NCBI GenBank assembly: GCA_964247055.1
Contig: OZ176059.1
Location: forward strand, 1,426,001-1,490,000
From: Paragordius varius
Lineage: Eukaryota > Animalia > Nematomorpha
DNA: 64,000 nt
Reading direction: 5' to 3'
Shown: in pieces, positions 12,115-26,975 of the stretch
Position numbering within the stretch: the stretch's first letter is position 1
Layout: every line of letters begins with the position of its first letter
The notes under the pieces: model-generated
Database searches by the model: none
What the model saw: only the letters and a program-made list of their open reading frames with translations
Told to the model about the DNA's origin: nothing
Translations under genes and position numbers: made by a program

Positions 12115-12871
12115 AAGCAAATTACCTCATCTCAGATCAACATTTATCTATTCTTTTCATAAACATATTGTTATTACTTTTTTGTTATCTTATCTTTGAT
12201 ATATTGGTCAATATAAAATAAATGTAAATAATTTTAATTTTTTGACTTTTAACCATGAAAAAGTTTTAGCATATCTCTCGAATGCATAATTGTTATGGAA
12301 TAGTAAAAATTAGAATTATACAGACAAAACGGGAAAAATATTTTTAGTTTTAGTTTAATTTTTAGTGCATATATTAATTTTATATTTTTTACGTTTGAGA
12401 AAAATTACTTGTAGTAATTGAAAATTTACTCTAATAAATTTATTCAATTTTAGCTGAATCATAATTGCAATCAAAAAAACAAATTTTTTATATAAAATCA
12501 GCTATGGTTTTAAAACCTTTTAATTTAAATATATATAAGTATATATTGATATAAATTTTTTGTCAAAAATTAAATCCAACAAAGGGAATATTATTGGCTA
12601 ATAATATAGTAAAAAGTGAAAAAAATAACTATAAGCCAATAATACTGCTCTTTGTTGTATATGCTATTTGGCAATGATATTAATAACTTTCTAGCAATGT
12701 ATACTTACTCATATTGTAAATTAGAATTATACAGACAAAACGTGAAAACAAAAAACAAATATTTTTTTTATAAAAACAGCCATATTTATGAATCTTTGTT
12801 GTAATTTAAAATATATAATTATGTGTATAAACAAATTACAACTCCGCTACTATTTGTCTTCATATAATTAA

Positions 12872-13454
12872 CACTTCGATTCAAATTGGGGTATCTAAAT
12901 ACCCCAGACTAAATTAAAATTAAAATTTTAAAAAAAACTACTGAAGGGAACGATCCCAATTTGAATTTATGCTTCTATCCTGATAAATATTATATAAATA
13001 TGGCAAAATATCTTGATAAAATTTTGTTTTGAAAAAAAAGTTCCATCTCAAACTACTTGGACGCCTTTTTTATTTTACAAAAATTTTGCAAAATAACGTC
13101 TTCATTTAATTTTAAGGGTAAAACTAAAGCATATTTTTTACATAAATTACATCTAAAATTGATAGAAATAGAAAAAGCGGTTTATTTTGTATTATTTTAT
13201 AATTTTACAATTTGACACATGTCACGTTGACGAAATTTTTACCTTTCGGTTTTAGCTCAAAATAAGTAATATCAAGTATTTTTGAATAACATTTTTTATA
13301 TATTTCGGTTTATTAATGTTATAAAAGTGCAAAATTTTGCCATGGTTTCGATTCCTTCCATACTTTTTAAAGTATTTGATTTTAAACAGGCCTGGGGTAT
13401 CCAAATACCCCAATTTGAATCAAAGGACTATAATGAGTGTGTTGTATCCAAGTG
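12872..13454. mobile_element. TTAA-specific (piggyBac-like) MITE, copy 1
   Basis: TTAA|CACTTCGATTCAAATTGGGGTAT ... ATACCCCAATTTGAATC...TCCAAGTG|TTAA; TTAA duplicated on both sides. Confidence 0.8.
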
Positions 13455-15300
13455 TTAAACAAAACAAGTTTTAAAAAATATGGTTGCCTTTTTGCAAAAG
13501 TTTTTACATTTTATCCGTATTATTTCAATTTTTACTGATTTTTTATTTGAATTTTAACCCAAATTTATTATATCACTTTTTGCGAGAATATAAGGTAAAT
13601 TTTTTAACCATAATTTTTTACAAGGTAGCTTTCTTCACATGCTACAATGTAATATGTTGGCAAATCCAAATGTATCGAATCATAAAAACGGAAATTATAA
13701 ATGATGTTTAAACTTTGCTTATTTATAATTTTTTTCTATATTTATAATCGATTAATACCTGGAAATTATTTGGTTATTTGACATAAACTAGAACTCGAGC
13801 TAAATATTTTTTAATAATGTATTTATGTTAAAAAAATGAGTGAATTTGCTGAGGGAAAAACAATCCCCTCCCCTATCTCGGGCTAGGAAATGATTAAATA
13901 TTTATAAATCAATTTTAATTTTTCGATGCCAGCAAATTCCAGTGACAGACAACTTTATTTTAATAGTTGGCCTCAATATTTTCAATGAGAATTGGAACAT
14001 TGAGGACATTTTATATCCTAAGATTCAGGGGGGCTAGTTAAAAAATTTTTAGAACAATATATTTAAGTTTGCCTCGAGTAATAAATTTTAAAAGGCTGTG
14101 CTTTTAGCGTGTGACGTTTGTAGGATATATATATATATATATATTGCTAGTTATAATATTGAATTGCTAAAATTATATCTTGATTTCTTATATTTCATAA
14201 AATTTTATCTATTTACGTAAGAATTTCAACGATTCGACAGATGGTATATAATCCAAATTAAGTGATTACCGGTCTATCTAAGATAAGATGTAGCAAAAAT
14301 CAGCAGATGATTAATATTATACAGACCCATTTATCAAATAAACGACAAATGCATGCAGGTCAAGCCCTCCAAAAACTAGAGTTTTATTTTTATTTTACTA
14401 AAAACATGTACATTTTGTGCTTTTAAAAAAACGTTTGCGGTACGCATTGCTTTTTTTATTCTATCAGTAGTAAAAAACCTATTAGGATAAAAAAAAGTGG
14501 TTGCATTTTATTTATAAAATACATTCACTGTTGGTTTTACATTTTGATTATGTTTTACAGTTTTTATATGTTTTATCCATCGATCCAAACTTCAGATTTA
14601 AATTTAAAAAACTTTTAGGTCTACATACATAAATAAACTATAGTCGATTTAGGATAACAACCCAATATATTTTTAAATAATGTATAATATTTTGGAAAAA
14701 TTTATTATGATCGGTATAGTATTTTTGTATAGAATTATCATATAATACACAACAAAAACAACAACATAATATTATAAAAAAATGTTATTGGTATATCTCA
14801 TCGATAAAACAAGAGTATTGTGTAAAAAGTTAATTATTACTATACTTTAATAAGCAAAGAAATTACAGCAAAAACAAAAAATGTACAGTAATTTGATAAT
14901 TTATATTTTGATAATTTGAATGCAATAATCACCATAAAATAGAGTCAAATATGGTATATAAAGTAAAGAGCAATTATATTGGCAAAATAATATCACGTTT
15001 CTACATTATCTTTAATTTTTAACATATATAGCATTCACAGTAAAGAAATGATAATAATTAGTTAAAGCGAAAAAAAAACGTATGCAGCAAGCTTATAATA
15101 TTGTTATCTCGTGTAAATATACGATAATTGGCAATACTTAAAAGAAAAAGTAGTTCAAAAAATTATTTTTATGAAACCTAGTATGATTTTTTTTCGTGCT
15201 TCGTGGCAAATATGTACTTTTATCTGTAAACTTCAAGTATAAAGTCCTCTTTGCAATAAAAATATGGCTCTTTACCATATATATATATAAAGAGGGTTAG

Positions 15301-18300
15301 TTATAAAGTTGTAGATATATTAGTTTGTGAAAAAATTTTAGCTTTCCGTATAGTTTGTTGTAATGCATCAAGGCTCAATATATCCTCTTTCACAATGTTA
15401 GTTAATTGATCCAAACATGCTTGTTGTTTACTTATAAACTATAAAAAAGAGTGGTATACAGTAAAAATTGAAATTATATACGGAAAAAACTTGAAAATAT
15501 ATGGACAAATATTTTTTACAAAAAGACAACCATACATACTTTTTTAATCTTGATTTTTTTTAATATAACTCATTGTTTTAAACACTACACAATATAATAT
15601 GGAAATGTCAATTGGTAACACAATCAATTATATATTTTACGATTGTAATTAATTCTTTTTTATAGGATAAATTAAGGTTTAAAAAAGTATGGTTTTCTTT
15701 TGAAAAAAATTTGTATTTTTACATTTTGTCCGTATAATTTCAATTTTTACTGTAATTAACCATACTATATGTTTAGTTTACAAAAGTCACCCCCCCCTTC
15801 CTAAAAAAGGCGTATAAAATCAAGATTAATTTGAGAATTAACATTTTTTCTTGAAAACCTTTTTGTATAGTGCGATTTAAAACTCCGCATATTTTTAATT
15901 TTGGCTTAATATCATAGATACTTTTTAAAAATCTTGTGTAATTGAAATCGTTCTGTACACACAAAAGAGAAAGAATTGTTAATAGAGAGAAAAATTTTAT
16001 TGATAGTTAAAAATTGAATAATTTTTATACCGATTAACGCTATATTTTATTATTTAGATTTAATCATAATTAGGGTTGTGCATTTGACTGCTTTTTCAAA
16101 AAAGTCCGGTCAGACCATGACCACTTTACCTAAGTAAATACCATGCGATATTGGATTATGAAATTACTTCTGAATTTTCAAATCTCGCTTTTAATACTGG
16201 ATATTTCAAATAAAAATTTTCCTTTCTTTTACACTTTCTTTTATCATTGAAACATCCAATAATAAAATGTTTTTTCATTTTATTAGTTCACATATGTGGA
16301 ATAATTGAATATTTTATAAAAAGTTGGATTGTTTTCTTTTTCGAAATAACTGGATATGCTTAAATGCTAATGTTTTAAGGTGTTTATTTAAATTTTTAAA
16401 TAAGTAAATTTAAATATTTATATATTTTTTTTAAAAAAATATATAAAAAAATAACTTACTATTTTTCTTCCAAAAAAATTACCAGCAATTTTTCAAAAAT
16501 CAGCTTAAATGACACCATGGTCAAAAAATAAATAGTCATTGACCTGCTCATGACTTGGTCAGCACAACCCTTAATTTTATTAAAATATTCACTTGAATAG
16601 TACGATCAAAACTAAAAAATTTAGTATAGATGATAGTTTTTGCGTTAATTGGTTTTAAGATAACGCAAAATTTTTATTTTATACTGAAAATTTTTGGCAA
16701 ATAATGTAATCCAATTCCTTAAAAATATGATACCGTTTTCATTTCAGCAATAAAATTATTCATATCGGTGCTATTTTGTCGAGGAGTTCCACCAACAGTA
16801 TTCGATAAGCTTTTTTGTGTAATGGTCCCATTAGTTTTTGCATTTTGATAAAGGGTAGAGTTTTGTTTAAGTGACATAACCTCTTGCCAAAGTGTCTAAA
16901 GGCAAAATATGAATCCATAAAATTTTTTATAAATTTAAATTAAATGAGTATTGTAGTGAAGAAAAAATAAAATAAAACCAATTTAACAGTATAATTAAGT
17001 GGGATTGGGTGTTATATGTTTATAATTATAGAACTTTAAAAAGTGGGTACTTTTTATAATTTTTTTAAACTAGACATATAATGTAACATTTAAAGAAGAA
17101 AAAACAAAAACAAATATACTAACATATTTAGATAATAAAAATTAAAAGACCCATAACATATAACCAATAATATGGCTGTTTAATGTAATTTTTTGATGCA
17201 AAACAATTCAAAATTTGACAATAGATAAATTGTAAAATCATTATAAGTATTATTATATATATATATCCATTTAGAGTTCAAATTCACCCTAAACAATTCA
17301 AACTTACCCTTGAACAATTCAATATACCATAAAAATAAATTTTCGAACTAATATAACTTATTATTAACATCAAATATATCATGGCATATTTCATTATTTT
17401 TTCCAGTATTATTTTAATTTAAAACAAAACTTTATTTTTTAAAAATATATACAAATATAGGTAATTTTTACTATTAAAAAACATATAATTTATTTGAGGG
17501 TGAATTCGAGCTGTTCGAGAATGAATTTGAATTGTTCAAGGGTGAACTCGAATTGTTCAGGGGTGAATTATAAATTGTAAATGATATATATACATACTTG
17601 TAAGGTTTCAGGCGAGGTGATGCTAGATTTATATGAAGGAGATGATAACAAACTACGTTCATTATTGGAATATTCAAAGTCATAAGATGGTTCTTGTTTT
17701 ATCCAATCAATCGTTTTATTGGGTATATCATCATACCTTTCAGCGGTGGTATTATATAAAGGCAATTTATTCTTCTCCAATTGAAACAAGCATTGTTCCA
17801 ACTGTGCTCGTAATTTAATTTCCGAAACTTGTAGGGGTAAGGCATTTAACCTGTATGCATCTTGTTTGCATTTAACCTAAAATTGATGAAAAAAGGTAAA
17901 AACTAAAAAATATCCATATTTTTTTGACCGTTTTTTGTAATAATTGATTACGATTATGTGAAATGTATAGTTGAGTGTGTTTTTAATGTTTATACTATAT
18001 ATACCCTATTTTGCTGCAAAACGATAAGTTATATTGAAAAAAAAACCATAATTTTAACAATATAGTTATATTTTTTTTAAAAAAACTTTTTATTAGTATT
18101 TAAATTTTGTGAATCATATTGTATAGAATTTACTTAAAATTAGATTTAATATTTTTTTATTGAGTTTATTATTTAATTGACTGATTTTACCTTTTTTTTC
18201 TTATCTAAAATTACCTTAAGCAATCGATGTCGAAGTTTTTGGTAATGTATAAGCATAGATTTTAGCTTATTCTCAGCTCCGGATAATCGTGTTTGTTGTA

Positions 18301-21270
18301 TAGAGAGACTATGGTTATTTGACTATATAGGTGGCATATAAAACATTATTTATTTACCATTTACAATTCAAATTCACCCTTAAATAAATTATATGTTTTT
18401 ATAGATTAAAAATTATCTATGTTTTTATAATAAAATTTTGTTTATAATTAAAACAATACTGAAAAAATAATAAACTATGGCACAAAGATATATTTTATGT
18501 TAACAACAAGTTATATTAGTTCGAAAACACATAATTTATTATTAGGATAAATTTGAATTGGTGAGGGGTGAATCTGAATTGTTAAAGGGTGAATTTGAAC
18601 TGTAAATAATATATATACAAAAAAACGGAACGCATAAAATAAGCCCATGCTTGTTTTTTACATTTTGAATTTTAAAAAAATTTAATTTTTCATAATACAA
18701 CCGTTATTTCCACTAATTAGCTTTAAGGCTCCATAGAGACCCTAATTAAAAAAATTGATTAACTTTTAAGAAAATGTATTCCTTATAGATTATTCAACTT
18801 AAATTCGATATTTCTCATGATTACATAATAGAACAATATAGTTTTTCCTAATCTGGACCCCTATAAAGAAAGAGTTCGTCAAAAAAACTAAATTAATTTA
18901 AACAGCAAAAAATAAATTCAAAAGACAAAACATTAGTATCAAAATTGCTCCTTGAATTGAATTGCATATATAATTTAAACAAATATAAAATCCAGTATGT
19001 TAGTGACCAATTTATATGTCTCTATTTCTTATCTTGTTAATCAAAAACTAACATTTATTTTAGAGTCTAAAAAAAGGTAAAATGAAACTTTCGTTTAAAT
19101 CAAAAAAAAAAAATTTTTTGATAATAACGAAAAAAAAACCTCAAATTCTTTGGTTAAAAATTGGTGTTCGAATCGTAAGGCCTGCAATCTTTGATGTAAA
19201 CCAGAAAATCCATAAACCGGAACAGGGATTAATTGTTGAATATTTGGGCATTCCGCTAAAGACCGCGACCAAATTTTTGCATCTATACCTGTGGGTAAAA
19301 CATAAAAAATATATATGTTTAAATTACAGTAAAAATTGAAATTATACGGATAAAATGAAATAAAGAAAGACAGAATGTTTTTTCACAAATAGAGTATTTT
19401 AAATATCCTATAAATTACAGTAAAAATTGAAATTAAACGGATAAAAAACGTAAAATGATATAAAGAAAGAATGTTTTTTCACAAACAAATAGAAAACCAT
19501 ACTATTTTAAACCTATAAAAATAGTTTAATTACAATCGTAAAATACGTATAATTGATTGAGTTATCAATTTACAGCTATATTTTATATTTTGCATTTTAA
19601 AACAATGAGTTTTATTTGAAAAATTAAGATTTAAAAAGTATGGTGGTTGTCTTTTAGAAAAAAATATTTGCCTTTATATTTGTACTTCATGTCCGTATAA
19701 TTTTAATTTGCACTGTAAAATAAAAAAGCCGGTATTCAATATTGTAAATTTCCACGCCTCATATAATTAATTAATTAAAAGATTTATAACCCAAAATTTA
19801 TATAGATAAAAATTTCAGGAATGGGTATAATATAAATGGAGGTAATAGATTTTTATAAATCGTTTTAAAACTAAAAAACTGTTTCGATTTTTAAGCAAAA
19901 TAAGTTTCTAAAAAATTATCATTTTTAACTTTCTTTGCTTCCTAGTTTTATGATACAATAATTGTTAACATCTAACATTTTTTATATGGAATGGATAATA
20001 AGAGTGCTATTTATTATAAAAGAATTTTATAAATGTTTTTCAATTAACTGATTTGTAAATGACAAACCAAAATCATTTACGCAAGAAACTAAAATTATTT
20101 GTTAAAAAACTTATGTTTATATAAAACTTTAAAACACCTCTATCTCTGATACAATATGCTTAAAAAAGGTTATAAACAAAAATTCCTGGTTTATATACTA
20201 TACCATTTACAATTCAATTTCACCCTTGAACAATTCAAATTCACCCCAAAAATAAATTATGTGTTTTCGGGCTATATAACTCCTCTTTATTAATATAAAA
20301 TTTATGTTTATCGCTTAGTTTATTTTATAATTTCAGTAATATTTTAATTTTAAACATAATATCAATTTTTTAAATATATAAAAAAATATAGCTAATCTTT
20401 ATTATTAAAACGCGTAATTTATTTTAGGGAGAATTTGAATTCTTCAAGGGTGAAAATTTGAATTGCTCAAGGGTGAAAATTTGAATTGTTCAAGGGTGAA
20501 AATGTGAATTGTTCAAGGGTGAATTTGAAGTGTAAATGGTATATATAATTTAAAAGAGTAGGTACCTAAGGGCGGATTTCGTAAATATATAGATATTTGT
20601 TCAGGGGTCGGTCCAACCCTAGGTATAATGTTTTCTATGCCCAACGCATCAAATTGTGATTTGAGTGTCGGATTGGTGCTTGCCAATTTACCTAAATATA
20701 TAGTTTAGTTAGTTATATTAAGCTTAAAACTTTTCAGCGTTTAAATATATCTTTAAAATTTTTTTTCATTTTATTATGGCTTAAAAGCTTTTTTTAATTT
20801 AAAACACGTCATAAACGATTTTTATAGATTATAGAATGGATAAATTTATATGGAAAAGTTTGTAAAATTCTAAGGTATGTTAAAATTATAAGCAAAAGTT
20901 AATATTTATTAATAACCTGTGAATTAAAAGCACAAATTTTTTTAATGTTATATACATTAAGAAAACTATTTGGATTTATAATTTAAAAATTCTCTTATCA
21001 ATTTTTGCTCAAAAATATGAAAAAAAACACAAAAAATACAGATTACAAACACTTTGGAAAAAGTTGAAAATAATTTTTATATAAACTTTTTCGTAATCGC
21101 TAATTAAAAAGCGTTAAATATTCATTTTCTGACAAGGTATATGTTAAATTATGTGGTTTAAATATGACTTTCGAGGTTACATATTTCAAGTAATTCTAAC
21201 AAGTTTTTGGGTGCGTTTATAATTATTATATGCGTATTTATTATTTTTAACTTATAAGATATATAAAAAC

Positions 21271-21360
<90 letters not shown>

Positions 21361-24300
21361 AAATTAAAGTTTATATAAAAAAGAGTTGAAAATTTAAATA
21401 CAACTATCATAAAGGAAAAACCATATTTTTTGCTATATACAGATTCAATATAATAATAATGTTAAATTTAAAATCCTTATAATATCCTTATTTTACAAAC
21501 CCTATGTATAAAAATTTGATAAAAAAATATATGGTTGTTACATTTTATTCAAAAAAATGGCATCTTAAAATGCATTATTATATTAAAAATAGTACTTTTA
21601 ACTTTTTTCACCTATTTTAACCCGCTTATTTTTATAAACCATTAACAATTCAAACCCTCGACCAATTCAAATTCACCCTTAAACAATTGAAATTCACACA
21701 AAAATAAATTATGTGTTTTTGGGCTTATATAACTCATCATTATTGTGAAATATATTTTTACGACATACCTTTATTATTTTTTCAGCAATATATTGATTTT
21801 AAACAGAATTTCATATTTTGGAGATATTATAAAATAAAGGTAATTTTTAATCTTAAAAAAAACATAATTCATTTTAGGGTGAATTTTGAATTGTGAATTG
21901 TTCGAGGGTATATATTTGATTGATAAAAAATAAAAAAATATATACTTACCAATAATACTTCCCTGTTGCATCGTTGTTTGTGACTGCTGTATAGGATTTG
22001 TGGAATTAACCGAGCCTGTTAAGGTTGGGGTATTCATTGAAAGACCCAAAAAATTCATAATTTGCGTACAGCTGGCTCGTTTTACCTTTAGATCAGGGTT
22101 AAAATTATTTATTTTTTATTTAAATTGTTAAAAGATAACTTAAAAAAAATATACAATAGCGTGTGGTCTGATTAATTTTTATCCATAATTAAATGATTAA
22201 TGTTAAAACATATAAAAAAGGATTAATTTTAACCAATCGTTCGTTGTTTTTTACCATACTTGGGTGCATACTGAAAGTCATTTTTTGGTAAAAACTTATA
22301 AAGATTGTGATTGCTCATAAGGAAACCAATAATCCATTAAATAATCTCTATTCACTTTTGCACAACCGTAATGATAGAGGAAATTTTTATTAAACGATTT
22401 TTTTTATAAAACATAATAGATTTTATAACTAATTTTCATTTTTAGTAATATTGGGTCGGTCTGTCATGTATGCTAATATTTATTTCAATTAATAATAAAA
22501 AATATGTCTGATTACAATATTGTCATTTTCATTTTAAATATATTTTAGGGGGGTGAAAAAAATATTTCTTACATTTTCGGATTTTATATAATCATAACTA
22601 CCTAAAAAGTTTAGATTTATAAAAATAACTGTTTTTAAATAATACCTGGCCATCGGGTAATTTTTCACACACCACAATACTAATGCAACATTTGTTAGGC
22701 GTTTGAGGAGATGGCGCATTGTTAATCTGGGTTGGTTGCAAAGGATTAGGGAACGCATTATTTTGATTCCTATCATCTCTAAGCCGATTAGACATATCAA
22801 TGAAACACATTTTTTATTCCATTAAAATTAACAAAAATTGAAATGTAATCATTATGTAAAACAATATAAAATATTTCATTTTAGCAAAAATTTAGTAAAT
22901 AAATTTAATGTCAACGGTTTTTTGTTCTTATTCAATAGTTTGGGGATAGCATATTAAAATCTTTTTATTTTTGCAAAAGACATTCAAACTTAACGAAAAA
23001 ATCAAGAGTTAAAAAATAGGATTTGTTAGTCTGTAACCGTAAAATATATTACGTCTTTCTTTAAACTTATAAACATTAATACAAATATATTGCTAGTTTT
23101 TCATCAATTATTGACAAATAGCAAGCGTATACCGCAAAATGGAGCATTATTATTATTGTTACTAATAGTCATTTTTTTCACTTTTTTTAACTTGCTATCC
23201 ACCAATCATAATGCTCTTTGCTGTATATCCTTGCTATCTGGCCCACCAATATTTATAAAGACCTTACGGTGATTAAAAAGTTTTACTTTTTGCACACGAG
23301 TAAAAACTTAAAAATGCATAAAAAAAGAAGTAATCCTACTTAATTTCTTTAACGGGTCCAACCATTTCAACCATAACATTAGGTCGATTACCCAGGATTC
23401 GCATAAGGGCATCCAAAAACATGCCCTTGTTTGCTTCAATTTGTTGGGCACTTTTAGTGGAAATAAGTACTAGGATACCATCTTCATCACGATCCGTTAT
23501 CAAACGATTATAAAATATGGACTAAAATTAAAAATTATAAAAAGAATAATTTCAACATTTTGCAATATAACATATATATATAAAGTAGAGACAAAAACCT
23601 TAGTGGCATAACAAAAATTAGGCATAATCTTAACCATAGTTAAAGTAAACCAAATATATTTAAATACTAGAAGTTATATAATAACACTGAAAGTGCCAGG
23701 TATAAATAAAAAAATATAAAAATAATATATCATTGCATAACAAATCAAGTAGAAATAACCTTATGTTAAATGGCAATCTTGAAATTTCGAACTTATATAC
23801 ACTAATTATATCAAGCGATTATGAAAAATCACTATAGGAACTTTAGTAAGTACAAAAATTTAACAGTTAAATACATAGATAAAATATTTTGAATGGACAA
23901 AAAAATATAAAACACACGTAAAATACGTAGTTGAACCACATTCATAAAATATAAAAAAATAAAATACAAACATTTTATGCTAAACTAATATTGTATTGCC
24001 TTAATCTAAAACTTTTAAAATTTATTTGGCCTTACATTAAATTTAATATTCAAACTCATGCAAATATTCTGATGAATACATATCCTAAAAAGTGTTTATA
24101 CACATTTAAATCAGTGACTCACCCTACCCTTAAATAAAACTTTTTTAAATTAAAAATAAAGTTTTTAGATTATGCTGAACATTATGCACTTTCCCGATTA
24201 TGAGGACAAGGACCAGGTTTAGTTATAATTGTTCAAAGTTATAATTATTTTTCCTCTAACAAATATAACAATTTCTATAAAATAAATAAAATTTTGTAGA

Positions 24301-25083
24301 ATACATCTATATTTAATTTTTGTTTAAAAAATTTGATTTTATTATTTTTAAAAAAAGAGTTATGATAGGGATAATGACCCATGTCCTATTATTATATTTG
24401 AGGTCATTCTTGAGGAGTAAGTTCACTCTCTAAAACTAATTTTGATATATACGATAAAAGGTCGGAGTTTTTGTCATAGCTTTTAAAATATTTTTTACTA
24501 ATAGACTTAAACGGTTACAGAATACTTACATTGAATTTGGCAAAAATCCCATCAGGCGTGAAAACAGCTGGTGGGGTAGTTTGATCAATGAAACCTTTAC
24601 CATGACCTGCGATGGCTTGGAATTGATTCCATTGCTTGAGCACTGTATCCCTAATATCGTTAAATATAGAGGGCATATTTGTAAGCGATTTATATATCCG
24701 CTCCATATTTCCTGGATCATTATTAGCCATTACGTTTGTTGAATTCGAATTGGAAGTTATGTTGTTTGTCCCGAATTGAGTTGTTGGAAAACTAGAAGCA
24801 TTAAATGCGATATTTGTGGATTGCGGGTTATTTGCTAATGTAAGATATTAATTTTTTATTTCTGATACAAATAGGTTTAAAAAAAAATACAATTTTGTGA
24901 TATTTTAGATAAATACATCCAATTTTTAATTATCAATATGGCTCATTATATATATAAATTAGCATAAAAAATATTTAACTAAAACTTACCAAAACTAGGT
25001 ATAGAAAATGTTGGATTAAAGGAAAAAGTTTGGGCTTGATTTGATGGTTGAGTATTTTGAACAGGGGCTGCGAATTGAAACAT
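15301..25083 (-). CDS. NUP54: Nucleoporin Nup54, ~603 aa, 11 exons
   Basis: Exons 24990-25083, 24530-24834, 23340-23521, 22646-22778, 21950-22085, 20566-20691, 19140-19288, 18215-18322, 17598-17876, 16734-16895, 15301-15438; all GT-AG and phase-consistent (1812 nt). Motifs IFNDIRDTVLKQWNQFQAIAGHGKGF, DEDGILVL, NPPLGIDAKIW, LIPVPVYGF and QQACLDQLTNIVKED match Nup54. The start codon is less certain. Confidence 0.9.
15459..15752. mobile_element. TA-flanked MITE (CAGTAAAAATTGAAATTATA TIR family)
   Basis: TA|CAGTAAAAATTGAAATTATA...TATAATTTCAATTTTTACTG|TA; 20 nt from the acceptor of the last NUP54 exon. Confidence 0.8.
16072..16571. mobile_element. Small TIR element (AGGGTTGTGC...GCACAACCCT)
   Basis: 10-bp perfect TIR flanked by TAATT on both sides; superfamily unclear. 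Confidence 0.55.
17265..17586. mobile_element. Fold-back MITE (21-bp-module family)
   Basis: About 3 left and 4 right AACAATTCAAATTCACCCTT-type modules in inverted orientation; ends 11 nt from a NUP54 donor. Confidence 0.85.
18355..18611. mobile_element. Fold-back MITE (21-bp-module family)
   Basis: TACCATTTACAATTCAAATTCACCCTT left end and GGGTGAATTTGAACTGTAAAT right end; 32 nt from a NUP54 acceptor. Confidence 0.85.
19327..19715. mobile_element. TA-flanked CAGTAAAAATTG-family MITE with duplicated left end
   Basis: Left TIR occurs at 19327 and again at 19418; right TIR TCCGTATAATTTTAATTTGCACTG|TA. Confidence 0.7.
20201..20541. mobile_element. Fold-back MITE (21-bp-module family)
   Basis: 2 left and 5 right modules (three are 23-bp variants, GGGTGAAAATTTG); ends 24 nt from a NUP54 donor. 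Confidence 0.88.
21274..21356. repeat. (TA)n microsatellite, about 40 units
   Basis: Uninterrupted TA run in NUP54 intron 5. Confidence 0.95.
21636..21910. mobile_element. Fold-back MITE (21-bp-module family), degenerate
   Basis: Left modules, shared core and truncated right end; 39 nt from a NUP54 donor. Confidence 0.75.
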
Positions 25084-26058
25084 TTTACATGTGCGCCTTA
25101 ATTAAATAATAACTAATAATAATGTGTCATATGTAAATATTTGAAAATTTAAAAGTTTATTTGAACAATTGTTTTTTATATTTCATTATATTTTGGGCAC
25201 TGACTTTTGTTTTTGATTTTTTAGATATATTTAAGGTGTATTTGATTTAGATGTCAATTTTTTTTAAAAGAGATTAAGTCTTACAATCAATCTGCATGTC
25301 CCTCGATTTAAATTACAGAAACGGCCACATGCTATTTTAAAATAAAATTATATGAATGTATTTCAAAAATTTGGACTGATATAACAAAGAGGGCCTAATA
25401 TAATGATAAAAGTCATCCACAAACTTGATATATCTTATTTTCGGTTATAAAAAAAACGAGAACTTGAGCTTTGAAAAATATACGATCTAACGATTGTTTG
25501 ATCAAATAGTTGCGATCTACTACATTATTATTTGGCTTATTATATTATTATCAGGAAAGAACCAAATTGAACTTTAATATTATCAATTAAAGTTGGCTGG
25601 GCTATCCAGATAAAGCTTTTGACTTTTAATTTATATTAAAATAGTTTTTAGATTATATTTTAAATAAACGAATTTCGAACCAAAGGTTAAAGTTGATAGA
25701 AATAAATCGAATTATATAGAAAAAGGCGTCCAAAATTGGCGGATATAAAATATTTTCTAATGAAATACATGTAGACTTAATAGTATCAGAATCATTATAG
25801 TGATTTAGATATTGGGCCTCACGAGTAATTTAAAAAATCTATATACACTTTTGTGGTAAAACCTCCATCTCAATAAATGTATAATTTGCACACATATTGT
25901 TAATATTTTTGATGAGAGCAAATTGCATTCCAAAAATTATCAGTAAAATATAAATTCTATGTAAAAAACCCAAAGAATATTTTTTTATAATCTTAATTTT
26001 GGTGTAGGCTCCGAAAGTCCCAATTTTTTAGCCCTTCTAATATAGGCTAGTTCATTAA

Positions 26059-26618
26059 CACTTGGATACAATACATTGATTTCAGTCCTTCGATTCAAAT
26101 TGGGGTATATGGATACACCAGACCCTAAAATTACATAATTTATAAAATATGAAATTAATTGAAACCATGGCGAATATTTGGACTTAGATGACATCAATGT
26201 ACCGAAATATATAAAAATGTTTATTCAAAAATACTTGATATTACTTATTTTAAGGTAAAACCTCAAGGTAAAAATTTAATCAACAGACATGTGTGTATTA
26301 GCAAAATTTAAAAACATTATACCCATTTTTCTGTTTCTATCAATGTTACATATAATTAAATGAAAAATTAGCTTTATAGCTTTAAAATTAAATAACCACG
26401 GAATTTTGCAAAAATGTTGTTAAATAAAAATGGCATCCAAGTAGTTTAATAAGAAAAATACTTTTCAAAACTAAATTTTATTTAGATATTTCGGTTTAAT
26501 ATAATTTTTGTTAGGATAGGAGCATAAATTTAAATTTGGACCATTTCTTTCAGTAGTTATAAAAATATCAACTTAAATATTTTTGGGCATTTTGGATATC
26601 CCAATTTAAATCGAAGTG
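26059..26618. mobile_element. TTAA-specific MITE, copy 2 (opposite orientation to copy 1)
   Basis: TTAA|CACTTGGATAC...TCGAAGTG|TTAA; internal sequence is the reverse complement of 12872-13454. Confidence 0.8.
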
Positions 26619-26975
26619 TTAAAATAAATATAAAATGCCGATATTGCATAATAAATTATTTAAAATATATACTAAATGTAATCAGTAAGGATTTGATAAA
26701 AAAATTGATAATTTTTTAATTTATAGCGAAATTTAGTTGAAGAGTAGTTCATAATATTACACATACAATACATCTCATGATCAAATATATTCGATAAAAA
26801 ATGTATCAGGAATCTCATGGTGCTCTTGATTTTGAGGGTTACGAGTGAGATAAGAAAATTATTTACACAAGGCTCCATATCAAAAAAGGCAAAATTTGAC
26901 CACATTTTTTGTAAAAAAAAATTTTTAATGAAAGCTAAATGCTTCATTCCAAAAAATATTAATAAAATATATCAT

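Noticed and set aside
23090-23280. Exon-like segment (VFINIGGPDSKDIQQRAL) in NUP54 intron 3
   Set aside because: It contains stops in the frames compatible with the flanking exons, and direct 23340^22778 splicing already preserves frame and homology.
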